From assembly GCA_013314855.1 (NCBI GenBank), contig JABUEW010000003.1, positions 1 through 63,122 of the forward strand: 63,122 nucleotides of DNA, read 5' to 3'. A model generated the notes under the pieces. The model was not told the DNA's origin, searched no databases, and saw nothing but the letters and a program-made list of their open reading frames with translations. This stretch comes from Bacillota bacterium. GTDB taxonomy: Bacteria; Bacillota; Clostridia; Acetivibrionales; DUMC01. Position 1 is the first letter of the stretch, and the number at the start of each line of letters is the position of its first letter. Positions 29,291 through 39,139 of this stretch are shown here, in pieces. The translations under genes were made by a program, and so were the position numbers.

Positions 29291-31977
29291 ATAAAATCAA
29301 TAATTTTAAATGTTTAATGGAAGGGGAGATGATTTGCGAGATGGGAAATAAATATGCAAGAACTAATTATACTGAATTATGCAAGCAAGAACTTGAAAAA
29401 TTAAATATACGCGAAGGAATTGATATAACTTTTCACATGGTTCATATGAATCACCTGGATATGATATGGTACTGGCGCTTGCCTGATACAATAGAAATGT
29501 GCCTTGAGACAATAAAATGGAATGTAGAATTGTTGGAGACACAGCCCGATGCCAAGTACACACATGCCCAAGTTTTTACACTAAAGGTAATTGAAGAATT
29601 AGACAAGGAACTATTTGAAAGGTTTAAAAAGCTTGTAAGGCAAGGAAGGATAGAAATTGATAGTGGTCAGGTCGTAGAACCGGACCATAACATACCATGC
29701 GGGGAATCTATTGTACGACAGTTTCTCTATGGTCAGCGATATGTAAAAAAGCATTTCGGGGATTATGCAAGAATATGCATAAATTCCGACAGTTTTGGAC
29801 ATTCAAGAAGTCTCCCACAAATTCTTAAAAAGTGCGGCATAGATGCTTTTATATTCAAGCGCCCCGTCCAAAGTGTAGCAGATTTACCCGAGGTTCCATT
29901 TACTTGGAAAGGTATTGATGGTACGGCAATATTTGCTATGCGTTTTAACAATAAGGGGAATGGATTGCCAAATCTTTCAAAAGGAACACAGCTAAAAGAG
30001 GACGAAAATCCTTTACAGTTAAAAGTTGACTTGAATCTTTCAGCAGGTATTAGTGATTTCTTTGGACCGCATTGCATTTCTGATGCAGGTGGAGTAGCGC
30101 CTTATGTGGAACCTTGCAAAGGCGAGAGGTATACTTTAAAATACAGCACTCCTTCAGAATTTTACAATTCACTAATGGAAAAAAAGCCAGTGTTAAATGT
30201 TATGGATGTGCCACTGAATCGAGGAATGGAGGGTTGTTATACAACGCATATAGGCGAAAAGGAAAACTTGAGACGTGCAGAAAGAGAATTAAGACAAGTG
30301 GAGCTACTTTGGTCGCTTGCTGCGTTACTTGGGTATGGCTACCCTTATGGAGCATTAGAATCAAATTGGTGGAGGTTTAGCTTGATGCAGTTTCATGATG
30401 CATTGCCAGGTTCGACATCCGATAAGGCGTACAATGATGATATGGCGGTTTATCACGAACTTTTCTTAAATATGAAAATGTTAAGACGCAAGGCCCAGCT
30501 TATATTGGATAAGGAGTATGTTCAGGGAAGCTACCTAAGATCATTTTTGGTTGTTAATCCTAGGATGTTACATTCCGGGGGAATTGTGGAGACAGATATT
30601 GATATGATGATTAACCGTGATGACCCCGGCGATGAGCCAAATAGTATGAGGGTTCCTAAAAGTGGTATATTAAAAACTCTATCTGGAGCATTTACTCCAT
30701 ATCAAATAATTGAGGAAAGAACTTATCAGCGGTATGTAAGGGGGAGAATAATATTTGATGCTGGTAATCTTCCTCCATTTATGCCTGAACAATTTAATAT
30801 GGCAAAACCTGGTGAAAGCAGCCAAATAGGTAATGGTAGCATAAATTTTAAGTCCTTTGTTAAAGCGGAAGGAACAATAATCGAAAATGAATATTTAAAA
30901 GTAGATACAGGCGGACCAGGAATTATACGCTCCATACTTAAGAAAACCAGTGGGTACGAGTATCTGAAAAGTGTAAGTTCAGCGGTGAGAATTGAGTTAT
31001 GGCCTGAGCCCAGGGGTGATTGTTACAGCCTTGGAATAGATGGGCACAGGTATTATGCCATGCCGGAAGGAGAAATTACTTTACTTGAAAATGGGCCGGT
31101 AAGGGCTACATTACGCAAAGAATACCGGTGGGGCAAATCCAAATTTATAACTGACATTTCACTTTATGCGGGGCATGAGTGGGTGGAACTTAGGTTAAAA
31201 ATTGATTGGAATGAAAAGGAAACATTGGCAAGGCTCTGTATAGAACCAAATCTTAATGAAGTAACCTACAGGAAATATGGAATACCGTTTGGTTGTGAGA
31301 CTGCAACGGGAAAAGAAATAGAGATACCAGTTGTTGGATGGGCTGCTATAGGAAATGAAGATATAGGAATGGCAATAATTGATAGGGATAGGCCGGGTCA
31401 TACATTTGTTGAAGATATGCTGAGAGTTTCGATCGTACGATGTTCAACCCGACCTTTTGACCCATGTTCTGATAGCGGGGAAATAAATGCATGTTTTAGA
31501 ATAGTGCCTTATGAAGGTGGTTTTGAAACTTCAGGGATTCCTGCAATAGCGGATGAATTTTGCCATCCTGCCCTTGCATGGCAGGCTTGCTGTAAAAATA
31601 GTAAAGATAGCAGTTATGGAATGCCTTTCCCGCCTTTTTGGCTAGACGGAGACGGAATTATAACTTCCTCTTTCAAAGTATCGGAAAATAAAGATGGGTA
31701 TATACTTAGACTTTATGAATCCCTTGGAAAGATTTCGAAGACAGTGATTAACCTCAGCGAAAAACTTTATGAATGTAAAATATATGAGACAAATCTACTT
31801 GAAGAAGAAGAAAAGAAATTGAATGTGAAAAATAATAAGGTTGAAGTTATATTTATGCCGTTTGAAATTAAAACACTATTGTTTAAAACAGCAATGAAGA
31901 TACCCCCTATGAAGGAATATAACCACGAATCCGTATTCTGGCAGGAAGTAAATAAAATTAATAATAATGTTATCTGA
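29287..31977 (+). CDS. GH38 alpha-mannosidase (MngB-size class)
   Basis: GH38 hallmarks: HMNHLDMIWYW, NSDSFGHSRSLPQILKKCGIDAFIFKRP, QFHDALPGS. The start is ambiguous (ATG 29287 overlaps the upstream stop; later Mets at 29329 and 29341). Confidence 0.85.
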   Translation: MNKINNFKCLMEGEMICEMGNKYARTNYTELCKQELEKLNIREGIDITFHMVHMNHLDMIWYWRLPDTIEMCLETIKWNVELLETQPDAKYTHAQVFTLKVIEELDKELFERFKKLVRQGRIEIDSGQVVEPDHNIPCGESIVRQFLYGQRYVKKHFGDYARICINSDSFGHSRSLPQILKKCGIDAFIFKRPVQSVADLPEVPFTWKGIDGTAIFAMRFNNKGNGLPNLSKGTQLKEDENPLQLKVDLNLSAGISDFFGPHCISDAGGVAPYVEPCKGERYTLKYSTPSEFYNSLMEKKPVLNVMDVPLNRGMEGCYTTHIGEKENLRRAERELRQVELLWSLAALLGYGYPYGALESNWWRFSLMQFHDALPGSTSDKAYNDDMAVYHELFLNMKMLRRKAQLILDKEYVQGSYLRSFLVVNPRMLHSGGIVETDIDMMINRDDPGDEPNSMRVPKSGILKTLSGAFTPYQIIEERTYQRYVRGRIIFDAGNLPPFMPEQFNMAKPGESSQIGNGSINFKSFVKAEGTIIENEYLKVDTGGPGIIRSILKKTSGYEYLKSVSSAVRIELWPEPRGDCYSLGIDGHRYYAMPEGEITLLENGPVRATLRKEYRWGKSKFITDISLYAGHEWVELRLKIDWNEKETLARLCIEPNLNEVTYRKYGIPFGCETATGKEIEIPVVGWAAIGNEDIGMAIIDRDRPGHTFVEDMLRVSIVRCSTRPFDPCSDSGEINACFRIVPYEGGFETSGIPAIADEFCHPALAWQACCKNSKDSSYGMPFPPFWLDGDGIITSSFKVSENKDGYILRLYESLGKISKTVINLSEKLYECKIYETNLLEEEEKKLNVKNNKVEVIFMPFEIKTLLFKTAMKIPPMKEYNHESVFWQEVNKINNNVI

Positions 31978-32028
31978 TTACAGTGTTGTTGAAAATAACA
32001 TAAAAATTGTGAAAGGTGGATTTGACGG

Positions 32029-33033
32029 ATGAAACGAGTAATTAATCTGAATGATATAAAAGAACATGTTGTTGCACATGTTAATACTTTGTGGGAAGAA
32101 GAAGGGGAAACTGGCGGTTTCCGGATGGGGGAACACGGGCCGGTTAACCTTCTCAGCACCACCGATACGGCATGGATTTTGTATTGCATCGACGCGGTAG
32201 ATAGAATGTCGCCAAAAAAGGTGAAATGGATTAGATGGCTGCAAAGCAAACAAGATCCCAATCAAGGGTATTTTCAGTATGAAATCACTAAACATAATAA
32301 AGGGCATGCTTTCTGGCATACAACAAGGGCTTTAAATATCCTGGGTGCACAAATTTTATATTTTCCCGAGTACTTAAGAGAATTACTGGAACCATCAGGT
32401 CTTAGAGAATGGTTTTCCCAAAAGGACTGGTCCTCACCTAGTTCAAGCCATCATGAAGTTCTCGGGCTTGTTCCCATCCTTGCAAGCGTTGACAGTAGCG
32501 AGTGGACTGAGACCTTTTTTGAAGGGATAGAAGAACAACAGGATCCCGAAACTTTTACCTGGCCGCGTGGAACAGGAAAAGCAAACATTAGCAGGACTTT
32601 TGCATATACAGCGCTTCATATGGCTGCAAAGAAGCTACCCCGGCACCCAGAAAAGATAATAGACACTATTTTAATGCGACAGCAAGCGACCGGGTTCTGG
32701 GAAGAAGATCCGAAAACAGCTCCGAATTTTGGCACCATGGATTCTGCGTATCTTCTTACCAGGATTCCAAGTATCATAGGATACAGGCAAAAGGAAGCAA
32801 TTGATTCTTTAAATAAATTATACTATGCATTTACGAGTTTTTTTACGACGCAATGGGATGTCCTAAAGCATGATACTCACAGATTACTTGCTAATGTGCA
32901 CATATTTGGCTTACTAGCCGAAGCATTTCCGGAGCGCTTTAAAGCGTCAAAAAACTGGAGGTTTGACTGGGATAAAGTCGACATGTATAAATGCGATGTT
33001 ATATACAAAGAATGGGTCAGTCAAAGATATTGA
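32029..33033 (+). CDS. Hypothetical protein, possibly alpha/alpha-toroid (prenyltransferase/terpene-cyclase-like repeats)
   Basis: Clean ORF with RBS aaaggtgg. Repeated motifs GGFRMGEHG, QDPNQGYF and QQATGFWEE resemble QW-type repeats. The product call is weak. Confidence 0.45.
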   Translation: MKRVINLNDIKEHVVAHVNTLWEEEGETGGFRMGEHGPVNLLSTTDTAWILYCIDAVDRMSPKKVKWIRWLQSKQDPNQGYFQYEITKHNKGHAFWHTTRALNILGAQILYFPEYLRELLEPSGLREWFSQKDWSSPSSSHHEVLGLVPILASVDSSEWTETFFEGIEEQQDPETFTWPRGTGKANISRTFAYTALHMAAKKLPRHPEKIIDTILMRQQATGFWEEDPKTAPNFGTMDSAYLLTRIPSIIGYRQKEAIDSLNKLYYAFTSFFTTQWDVLKHDTHRLLANVHIFGLLAEAFPERFKASKNWRFDWDKVDMYKCDVIYKEWVSQRY

Positions 33034-33314
33034 AGTATAGGAAAAGCATATGTGCAAGCGAAACAATATGCGTCATGCTCTTTGTAAATTTTACTTTTGT
33101 TTTTATTTTGATTATTTATTTTGTTATTAAATGATTATTTACATATTAAAGTCTTTATGACTAAAATTTAGTTAAGCGAGGTGATTAAAATTGAGATCAT
33201 AGCAGTAGGTAACAATTAAGATCATTCATTTTCGAGCAACTCATTATCAACTACCACCACGAAACAACTAAAAAAGACTAAAAAAGTAAAAATTTTAAAG
33301 GAGGGAATAATTCA

Positions 33315-34853
33315 ATGAAAAGCAATGTAAAGAAGTATTTAAAAGCAGGAACAATTATGCTTATCATCTTATGCCTTGCATCTTTTGTTTTCAATGGCTG
33401 CGTTGTAAAGCAAACCGAAGTGAAGCAAACAGAAGGCGAGGGCAAAACGGTAGAGACAACTGCCGAAGAGCAGAAAAAACCTATCAAAATCACTGTTATG
33501 AGTTCATATGATTCGGCTGAACCTCCAAATGTAGATACGCCTATAGTCTTAGAAATAGAAAAAAGACTTAATGCTGATTTTGATATTAACTGGATACCGA
33601 CAAGCGTATGGGACGAAAGGCTAAATGTTACCTTGGCTTCAGGGGACCTGCCCATGGTATTGTTCGCAAAAAAGACGCCAACCATCATGACGGCTGCCCT
33701 TTCCGGGGCTTTTTGGGAAATAAATCCTTACCTGGATAAATATAATTTCCTGAAAGGAATCCCAAAGGTTACTATCGAGGGAGATTCCATAAAGGGTACT
33801 TATTACGGTATTTCCCGTTTAAGGGATCTTGCCCGTTCATGTGTGACTTACCGAGAAGACTGGCTTGAAGCTCTTGGACTAAAGAAACCGGAAACATTAG
33901 ATGAATTTTATGAAATGCTTAGAGCCTTTGCTCATGACGATCCTGATAAAAATGGTAAGAATGATACTATTGGGTTTTTGGAAGATGGCCGTCTTTGGAT
34001 AGTGGAAGACTTGGCAATATGGCTCGGAGCGCCTAATTTTTACATGGTTACGGAAGATGGGAAATTTATTCCTTCCCATGAAACAAAAGAATATTTGGAA
34101 GCATTAAAATTCATAAAGAGACTTTACGATGAAAAAATCTTAAACGAAGATTTTGCAATTTTGCCGAAATCAAATAGAGACACTTTTATACATAGTGGCA
34201 AGGTCGGAGCGTTTTTTGGTGCTGTCAGCAATTTCAAGGCTGACACAGAAAAGACACGTAAAAACGACCCTAATGCGAAATGGGACGCGATAATAAAACT
34301 TGGATTAAACCGTACCAGGGCTTGGGACGCAGGTTCGCTGGGAATGTATGTGTTTACAAAGAGCGGCATTAAGACGCAGCAAGAGTTGGAACAGGTTTTG
34401 GCCATATTTGATAAGATGATGTCAGACCCGGAAATTGTTACCTTGATTAGCTACGGAATTAAAGACGTCGACTATGTCATAGAAGACGGCTGTATTGTAC
34501 GGAAGTCCGCTAAAATTAACAACGGCAACTTCAATTTACTTGAATGCGGCAAAAAAGTCAAGCTTCAAATACAAGTGAAGAAAGATGAGTCTGATTTAAG
34601 AGCAGAAAAATACCTTGAAGAAAATGAGAAAAATGCTGTTGGTAATCCTGCTTTTCCTTTAACTTCCCAGACCTACTTAGAAAAAGGCGGTGACCTGGAC
34701 CCGCTGAGAAAGGATGCCAAGATAAATTTCATAATGGGAGAAATCGACGAAGCCGGATGGAAAGCATTTTGCGAAAAATGGCGCAAAGAGGGCGGGAATG
34801 ATGTATTGGCAGAATATGAAGCAGAATATGCAGAATACGCAAAAAAGAAATGA
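33315..34853 (+). CDS. Extracellular solute-binding lipoprotein (LplA-like)
   Basis: Signal peptide with lipobox FNGCV, RBS aaaggaggg. Confidence 0.9.
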   Translation: MKSNVKKYLKAGTIMLIILCLASFVFNGCVVKQTEVKQTEGEGKTVETTAEEQKKPIKITVMSSYDSAEPPNVDTPIVLEIEKRLNADFDINWIPTSVWDERLNVTLASGDLPMVLFAKKTPTIMTAALSGAFWEINPYLDKYNFLKGIPKVTIEGDSIKGTYYGISRLRDLARSCVTYREDWLEALGLKKPETLDEFYEMLRAFAHDDPDKNGKNDTIGFLEDGRLWIVEDLAIWLGAPNFYMVTEDGKFIPSHETKEYLEALKFIKRLYDEKILNEDFAILPKSNRDTFIHSGKVGAFFGAVSNFKADTEKTRKNDPNAKWDAIIKLGLNRTRAWDAGSLGMYVFTKSGIKTQQELEQVLAIFDKMMSDPEIVTLISYGIKDVDYVIEDGCIVRKSAKINNGNFNLLECGKKVKLQIQVKKDESDLRAEKYLEENEKNAVGNPAFPLTSQTYLEKGGDLDPLRKDAKINFIMGEIDEAGWKAFCEKWRKEGGNDVLAEYEAEYAEYAKKK

Positions 34854-34949
34854 AACTAAGTCAAGTTAAGTCAAGCTAATTTAAGTTAAAGCGAGTGGCA
34901 AGTAATTCATTTAATAGAGCTTTAAGGAATTAAATTAAATAATGGGCTG

Positions 34950-34994
34950 CGGCAGGAATGGACGGCAAAGATAATGTGTTGTTTATTCCTGCCG
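34950..34994 (+). terminator. Stem-loop after the SBP gene (intra-operon)
   Basis: cggcaggaat / attcctgccg is a perfect 10-bp stem with a 25-nt loop. There is no T-run. Confidence 0.4.
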
Positions 34995-35158
34995 AACCTG
35001 ATGTTATAATATTGCAATAAAGAGACAAATGAGGAGAAAAATAAGGACGAATAATTAATAATTGTAGTTTTAAGTTAAGTGTTGTATTAGGTGCGTGTAT
35101 TATATGGTTGCAAGGAGAGAGCTTTTATATTTATGCGCAACGGAGGTGAAGTGCTTCT

Positions 35159-36100
35159 ATGGAGTTAGCCGGGTACAAAAATTCAACTTTAAGGCGGAGC
35201 AAAAACATAGGTCGCATTTTAAGACGGCCATGGCTGTATATACTTATGATACCGGGAATAATACATATAATTATTTTCGAATACATCCCTATATGGGGAT
35301 TAGCATTAGCTTTTAAAGACTACAATCCTGTTTTGGGGTTTTTTAACAGCCCCTGGGTGGGATTAAAGCATTTTTACAGGTTCTTCAGTGTTTCTTCGTT
35401 TTATATATTGTTTAGAAATACACTGGCATTTTTTGCGCTCAGCTTAATATTTTATTTCCCGATACCCATATTCCTCGCATTAATGTTAAATGAACTGAAA
35501 AATATTTACTTCAAGAGGACAATTCAAACAATTGTTTATCTCCCCCATTTTTTGTCATGGGTCGTAATAATGAGTATAACCTATGTCTTTTTTACTCCTG
35601 CAGGGGGAGTAATACCGAACTTGCTCGCTTCCATGGGGATGGGAAAGGTAAACATACTGATGAACCCAAAATATTTCAGGGCTATGATAGTAGGCCAGCA
35701 AATATGGAAAGAAGCAGGATGGGGTACAATAATATTTTTGGCTGCAATTACCGGAATATCAGTTGAATTGTACGAATCAGCAATTATTGATGGCGCTACC
35801 AGATGGCAGCAGGCAAGATACATTACCATTCCTTCCATAAGTAGGCTAATCGTGATAATTTTAATCTTAAGACTTGGAAATATACTGAGTGTTGGACATA
35901 CACAATTAATACTGATGATGACGCCGCCGACAAGAGACGTAGGAGAAGTGTTTGATACCTATATTTACCGTAATGGAATACAAATGGGATTATTCAGTTA
36001 TACAACAGCGGTCGGTTTGTTTAAAATGGTGGTAGGGGCTGTAATGGTAGGTTTATCCCATTCATTGGCTAAAAAAGTAAGGGGAGAAGGGCTCTTTTAA
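35159..36100 (+). CDS. CUT1-family sugar ABC permease (LplB-like)
   Basis: YESAIIDGATRWQQARYITIP EAA loop. RBS ggaggtg 9 nt upstream. Confidence 0.85.
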   Translation: MELAGYKNSTLRRSKNIGRILRRPWLYILMIPGIIHIIIFEYIPIWGLALAFKDYNPVLGFFNSPWVGLKHFYRFFSVSSFYILFRNTLAFFALSLIFYFPIPIFLALMLNELKNIYFKRTIQTIVYLPHFLSWVVIMSITYVFFTPAGGVIPNLLASMGMGKVNILMNPKYFRAMIVGQQIWKEAGWGTIIFLAAITGISVELYESAIIDGATRWQQARYITIPSISRLIVIILILRLGNILSVGHTQLILMMTPPTRDVGEVFDTYIYRNGIQMGLFSYTTAVGLFKMVVGAVMVGLSHSLAKKVRGEGLF

Positions 36101-36131
36101 AAATACTGGTGGGGGGAGTGTTTATTTTTAT

Positions 36132-37025
36132 ATGGCGATTTATAAAAAATCACTGGGCGAAAAGGTTTTTGATATTTTTAATATAGCAATTTTAACTATT
36201 TATGCTTTAGCATGTGCGATACCTTTCATCCATGTATTAAGCGGATCATTTACTGCCGGTCACCTCATTACTGGGAAGGAAATTATATTGATACCCAAGA
36301 AATTTACACTTGAAAATTATAGATTTGCCTTCACCGTAGGCCCAATTTTAATGGGTTTGAAATCATCCCTGATTTTAACTGTATTCGGAACTATGTTCGA
36401 ACTGGCAGGACCGATCAGCATGGCTTATCCGCTTGCGCACAAGGATTTGGTGGGCAGAAATTTTATTACCTGGATGATAATAATTGCAATGTTTACCAGC
36501 GGGGGCTTGATTCCTACTTATTTATTAATAAGGGCATTGGGGTTGCTGAATACGTATTGGGCATTGTTTATTCCGCAAGCCGTAGGCATTACCAATATAA
36601 TATACTTTAGAAATTTTTTCAGCAACATTCCAAAGGAGATTGAGGAATCGGCATTGCTGGACGGCGCCAACGACCTTTATATTCTTGTAAAAATAATCCT
36701 TCCGCTGTCGGTACCTGTAATTGCGACTTTTACGCTTTTTATAGCAGTTGGTAATTGGAATGCATTTTTTGGGCCATTGATATATTTAAATGATTATAAA
36801 AAGTGGCCTATCCAGGTGATATTGCGGCAAATCACTCTCACGGCGCAGATAATGACTGATACAGGCTACAGCGCGTATTCCGGGTATGCGGAAGATGAAA
36901 TGCCTACGCCCGAAGCGGTAAAATTGGCAGTAATTATAATTGCCACGGGGCCGATAATTCTTTTGTATCCCTTACTGCAGAAACATTTTGTAAAAGGTAT
37001 TATAGTTGGCTCATTAAAAGGATAA
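36132..37025 (+). CDS. CUT1-family sugar ABC permease (LplC-like)
   Basis: ESALLDGANDLYILVKIILP EAA loop. C-terminus YPLLQKHFVKGIIVGSLKG. Confidence 0.85.
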   Translation: MAIYKKSLGEKVFDIFNIAILTIYALACAIPFIHVLSGSFTAGHLITGKEIILIPKKFTLENYRFAFTVGPILMGLKSSLILTVFGTMFELAGPISMAYPLAHKDLVGRNFITWMIIIAMFTSGGLIPTYLLIRALGLLNTYWALFIPQAVGITNIIYFRNFFSNIPKEIEESALLDGANDLYILVKIILPLSVPVIATFTLFIAVGNWNAFFGPLIYLNDYKKWPIQVILRQITLTAQIMTDTGYSAYSGYAEDEMPTPEAVKLAVIIIATGPIILLYPLLQKHFVKGIIVGSLKG

Positions 37026-37082
37026 GTTGGGTTCAGGAAGTTTTAATTTTAATAAGTGCAGTTTTAAAAGGAGGACGAAAAA

Positions 37083-38087
37083 ATGGGCAAGGCAAAAATT
37101 ATAAGTCCGTACCTAAAGGATGGGCTATGGGTGAAGGCAAATTTCCATGTCCACCCGGCGCCTATTTCAAATAAAACAGGGTATTGCGATTCAACTATTA
37201 TCAGGGAATACATCAAAGCCGAATATAGTTGCATTTCGTTGGTTGGGAATAATGAGATTTATACTCTTGACGCAAACAGCGAAGATAATGGCATGTTAAT
37301 TAGCGAAGCTAAAGGTACATTAAATAGTAGTGAGATGTTAAATGAAATTATAATCATCCCGGGATTTGAAAGCACTGGAGTTATCCCAGCAGTGGTTATA
37401 AATTCCTTGAGTTTCGATAATGGCGAAATCAAAAATGAAGATGATTTGCAGACGCTAATATATGAACAAATCAAAAATGGTGGAATTGTCTTTTTTTCTC
37501 AGCCTATGAGGTATTATGATATGGAAGAAAGATTTAAGCTTCTTTTAAACCTCGATGGTTATTTGGGCATTGAAGTGCTAAATGGCAACCTTGCTTTTGG
37601 CAGTTTCAAGGGAATTGGAGGGAATAATGCAAATTACAATGACGCGAATTATAATAAAGGCAATGAAATAGAGCTTTGGGACCGCCTGTTGAGCAGCGGC
37701 AAAAAAGTCTGGGGCTTTGGAAACGACGGGTTAGAAAAATGGAGTGAATTTAATACGGTATTTAATCTGGTAAAATTGCAAAAAGGTAGTTCGGTAAATG
37801 CGGGTAGAATTATAGGAGCTTTAATTGTGGGAAGTTTTGCAGTGTCTACTGGGGTAAGAATCAAGGATATTTCAGTTGAGGAGAATGAGATAAAATTGGC
37901 AGTGTATAATAGTCATGAAAACAAAATGTATATTGCATACGGGGAATACGGCAGGATACTAAAAACTTGCTATACAAAAGAGGATATTTTTGTTTATGAA
38001 CCGGAAGGCGATGAGGGATATGTAAGGATGCAGGTAATATATGAGAGCGGCAAAACGCTTTTGACTCAACCTTTTTTTATTGAGTAA
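37083..38087 (+). CDS. PHP-fold-like protein, type A (ligand-degenerate paralogue)
   Basis: Homologous to the next gene over its full length (shared ...GFGNDG..., C-terminus ESGKTLLTQPFFIE). It keeps HVH and the PGFE Glu, but has VGNNE, SQPM and NDGLEKW where type B has SEHD, AHPHW and NDDFH. Confidence 0.6.
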   Translation: MGKAKIISPYLKDGLWVKANFHVHPAPISNKTGYCDSTIIREYIKAEYSCISLVGNNEIYTLDANSEDNGMLISEAKGTLNSSEMLNEIIIIPGFESTGVIPAVVINSLSFDNGEIKNEDDLQTLIYEQIKNGGIVFFSQPMRYYDMEERFKLLLNLDGYLGIEVLNGNLAFGSFKGIGGNNANYNDANYNKGNEIELWDRLLSSGKKVWGFGNDGLEKWSEFNTVFNLVKLQKGSSVNAGRIIGALIVGSFAVSTGVRIKDISVEENEIKLAVYNSHENKMYIAYGEYGRILKTCYTKEDIFVYEPEGDEGYVRMQVIYESGKTLLTQPFFIE

Positions 38088-38117
38088 TTGTTATTGAGAT
38101 TCAAGGAGATGGATACA

Positions 38118-39032
38118 ATGAGTATAATTATTGATAATCCGTACATAGAAGAAGGCAAATGGTATAAAGGTTCATTTCATAACCACAGCAAAAATTTTAG
38201 CGTTGATGAGTGTATATATTCGATGATTGAGGCAGGCTGCGATTTTTTGACAATGTCTGAGCACGACCAAAACAAGATGGAATGCATGAATTTTGCCGAT
38301 AAAGTAGTTGTAATTCCGGGCTTTGAACAGAGCAGGGGGCAGAATCCCCATGTTGTAGTTGTAAACGCATGGCACAAGGAAGCAAGACATGTTGTAACTA
38401 AAAAAGATTTTCAGGATTTCATAAATGAGCAAGCCAAAGAAGGCGCTGTTGTAATAATGGCGCATCCGCACTGGCAAAGAGAAGATTATTGGCCTAAAGG
38501 TTATCTTGAGGAGCTGAACGGCTATATTGGTATAGAAATACTTAATTCCTCGTTAATTTTCAGCAAAGCGCGATTCGATGGCGAGCATGATTATTGGGAT
38601 ATAGCCGTAGATGTCTGGGATAGGCTCCTTAGCAACGGAAAAGTGGTATGGGGTTTTGGGAATGACGATTTTCACAACATGAAAGAATTTAATAAGAGTT
38701 ATAATATTGTAAAGGCGGAGAAATTATCTAGAGAAGGCATAGTCGAGGCTGTAAAACGTGGAAGCTTTGTTGTTACTGCAGGCGCAGATATTGAAGATGT
38801 ATTTGTTGATAAGGATACGAATGAAATAAGCATTCGGGTTAAAAGCGGATGTCAAGAGAAAAAGATTTATTCGGCAATAGGGAAACACGGGAAAATACTC
38901 AAAAGAGTTTTTACTGTTGATAATTATTTCAGTTATAAACCAAGCGGTTTTGAAGGCTACGTAAGAATACACGCACTTTTTGAAAGCGGCAAAGCTCTTT
39001 TTACGCAGCCGTTCTTTATAAGAGAAAACTAG
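38118..39032 (+). CDS. PHP-fold metal-dependent phosphoesterase-like protein, type B (full ligand set)
   Basis: FHNHS (HxH), MSEHD, PGFEQS, MAHPHW and GNDDFH match the canonical PHP-domain metal-ligand order. Start moved to ATG 38118 (RBS aaggag), which matches the paralogue's N-terminus MSII. Confidence 0.65.
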   Translation: MSIIIDNPYIEEGKWYKGSFHNHSKNFSVDECIYSMIEAGCDFLTMSEHDQNKMECMNFADKVVVIPGFEQSRGQNPHVVVVNAWHKEARHVVTKKDFQDFINEQAKEGAVVIMAHPHWQREDYWPKGYLEELNGYIGIEILNSSLIFSKARFDGEHDYWDIAVDVWDRLLSNGKVVWGFGNDDFHNMKEFNKSYNIVKAEKLSREGIVEAVKRGSFVVTAGADIEDVFVDKDTNEISIRVKSGCQEKKIYSAIGKHGKILKRVFTVDNYFSYKPSGFEGYVRIHALFESGKALFTQPFFIREN

Positions 39033-39139
39033 TTTGATATGCTCAATTTATATATTTTACTATTTGCATATTAGTCTTGAACAATAGAAGAATTAGTGCT
39101 TTAATTAATTCGTATATACTTTATGGTGGAGGGATACTG

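Noticed and set aside
38172-38477. Minus-strand ORF MPVRMRHYYN..., which has a conserved counterpart at 46917-47402 and so could look like a conserved antisense gene.
   Set aside because: Both lie antisense to the paralogous PHP type B genes. The conservation is explained by the conserved sense strand. There is no RBS, and the composition is typical of a shadow frame.
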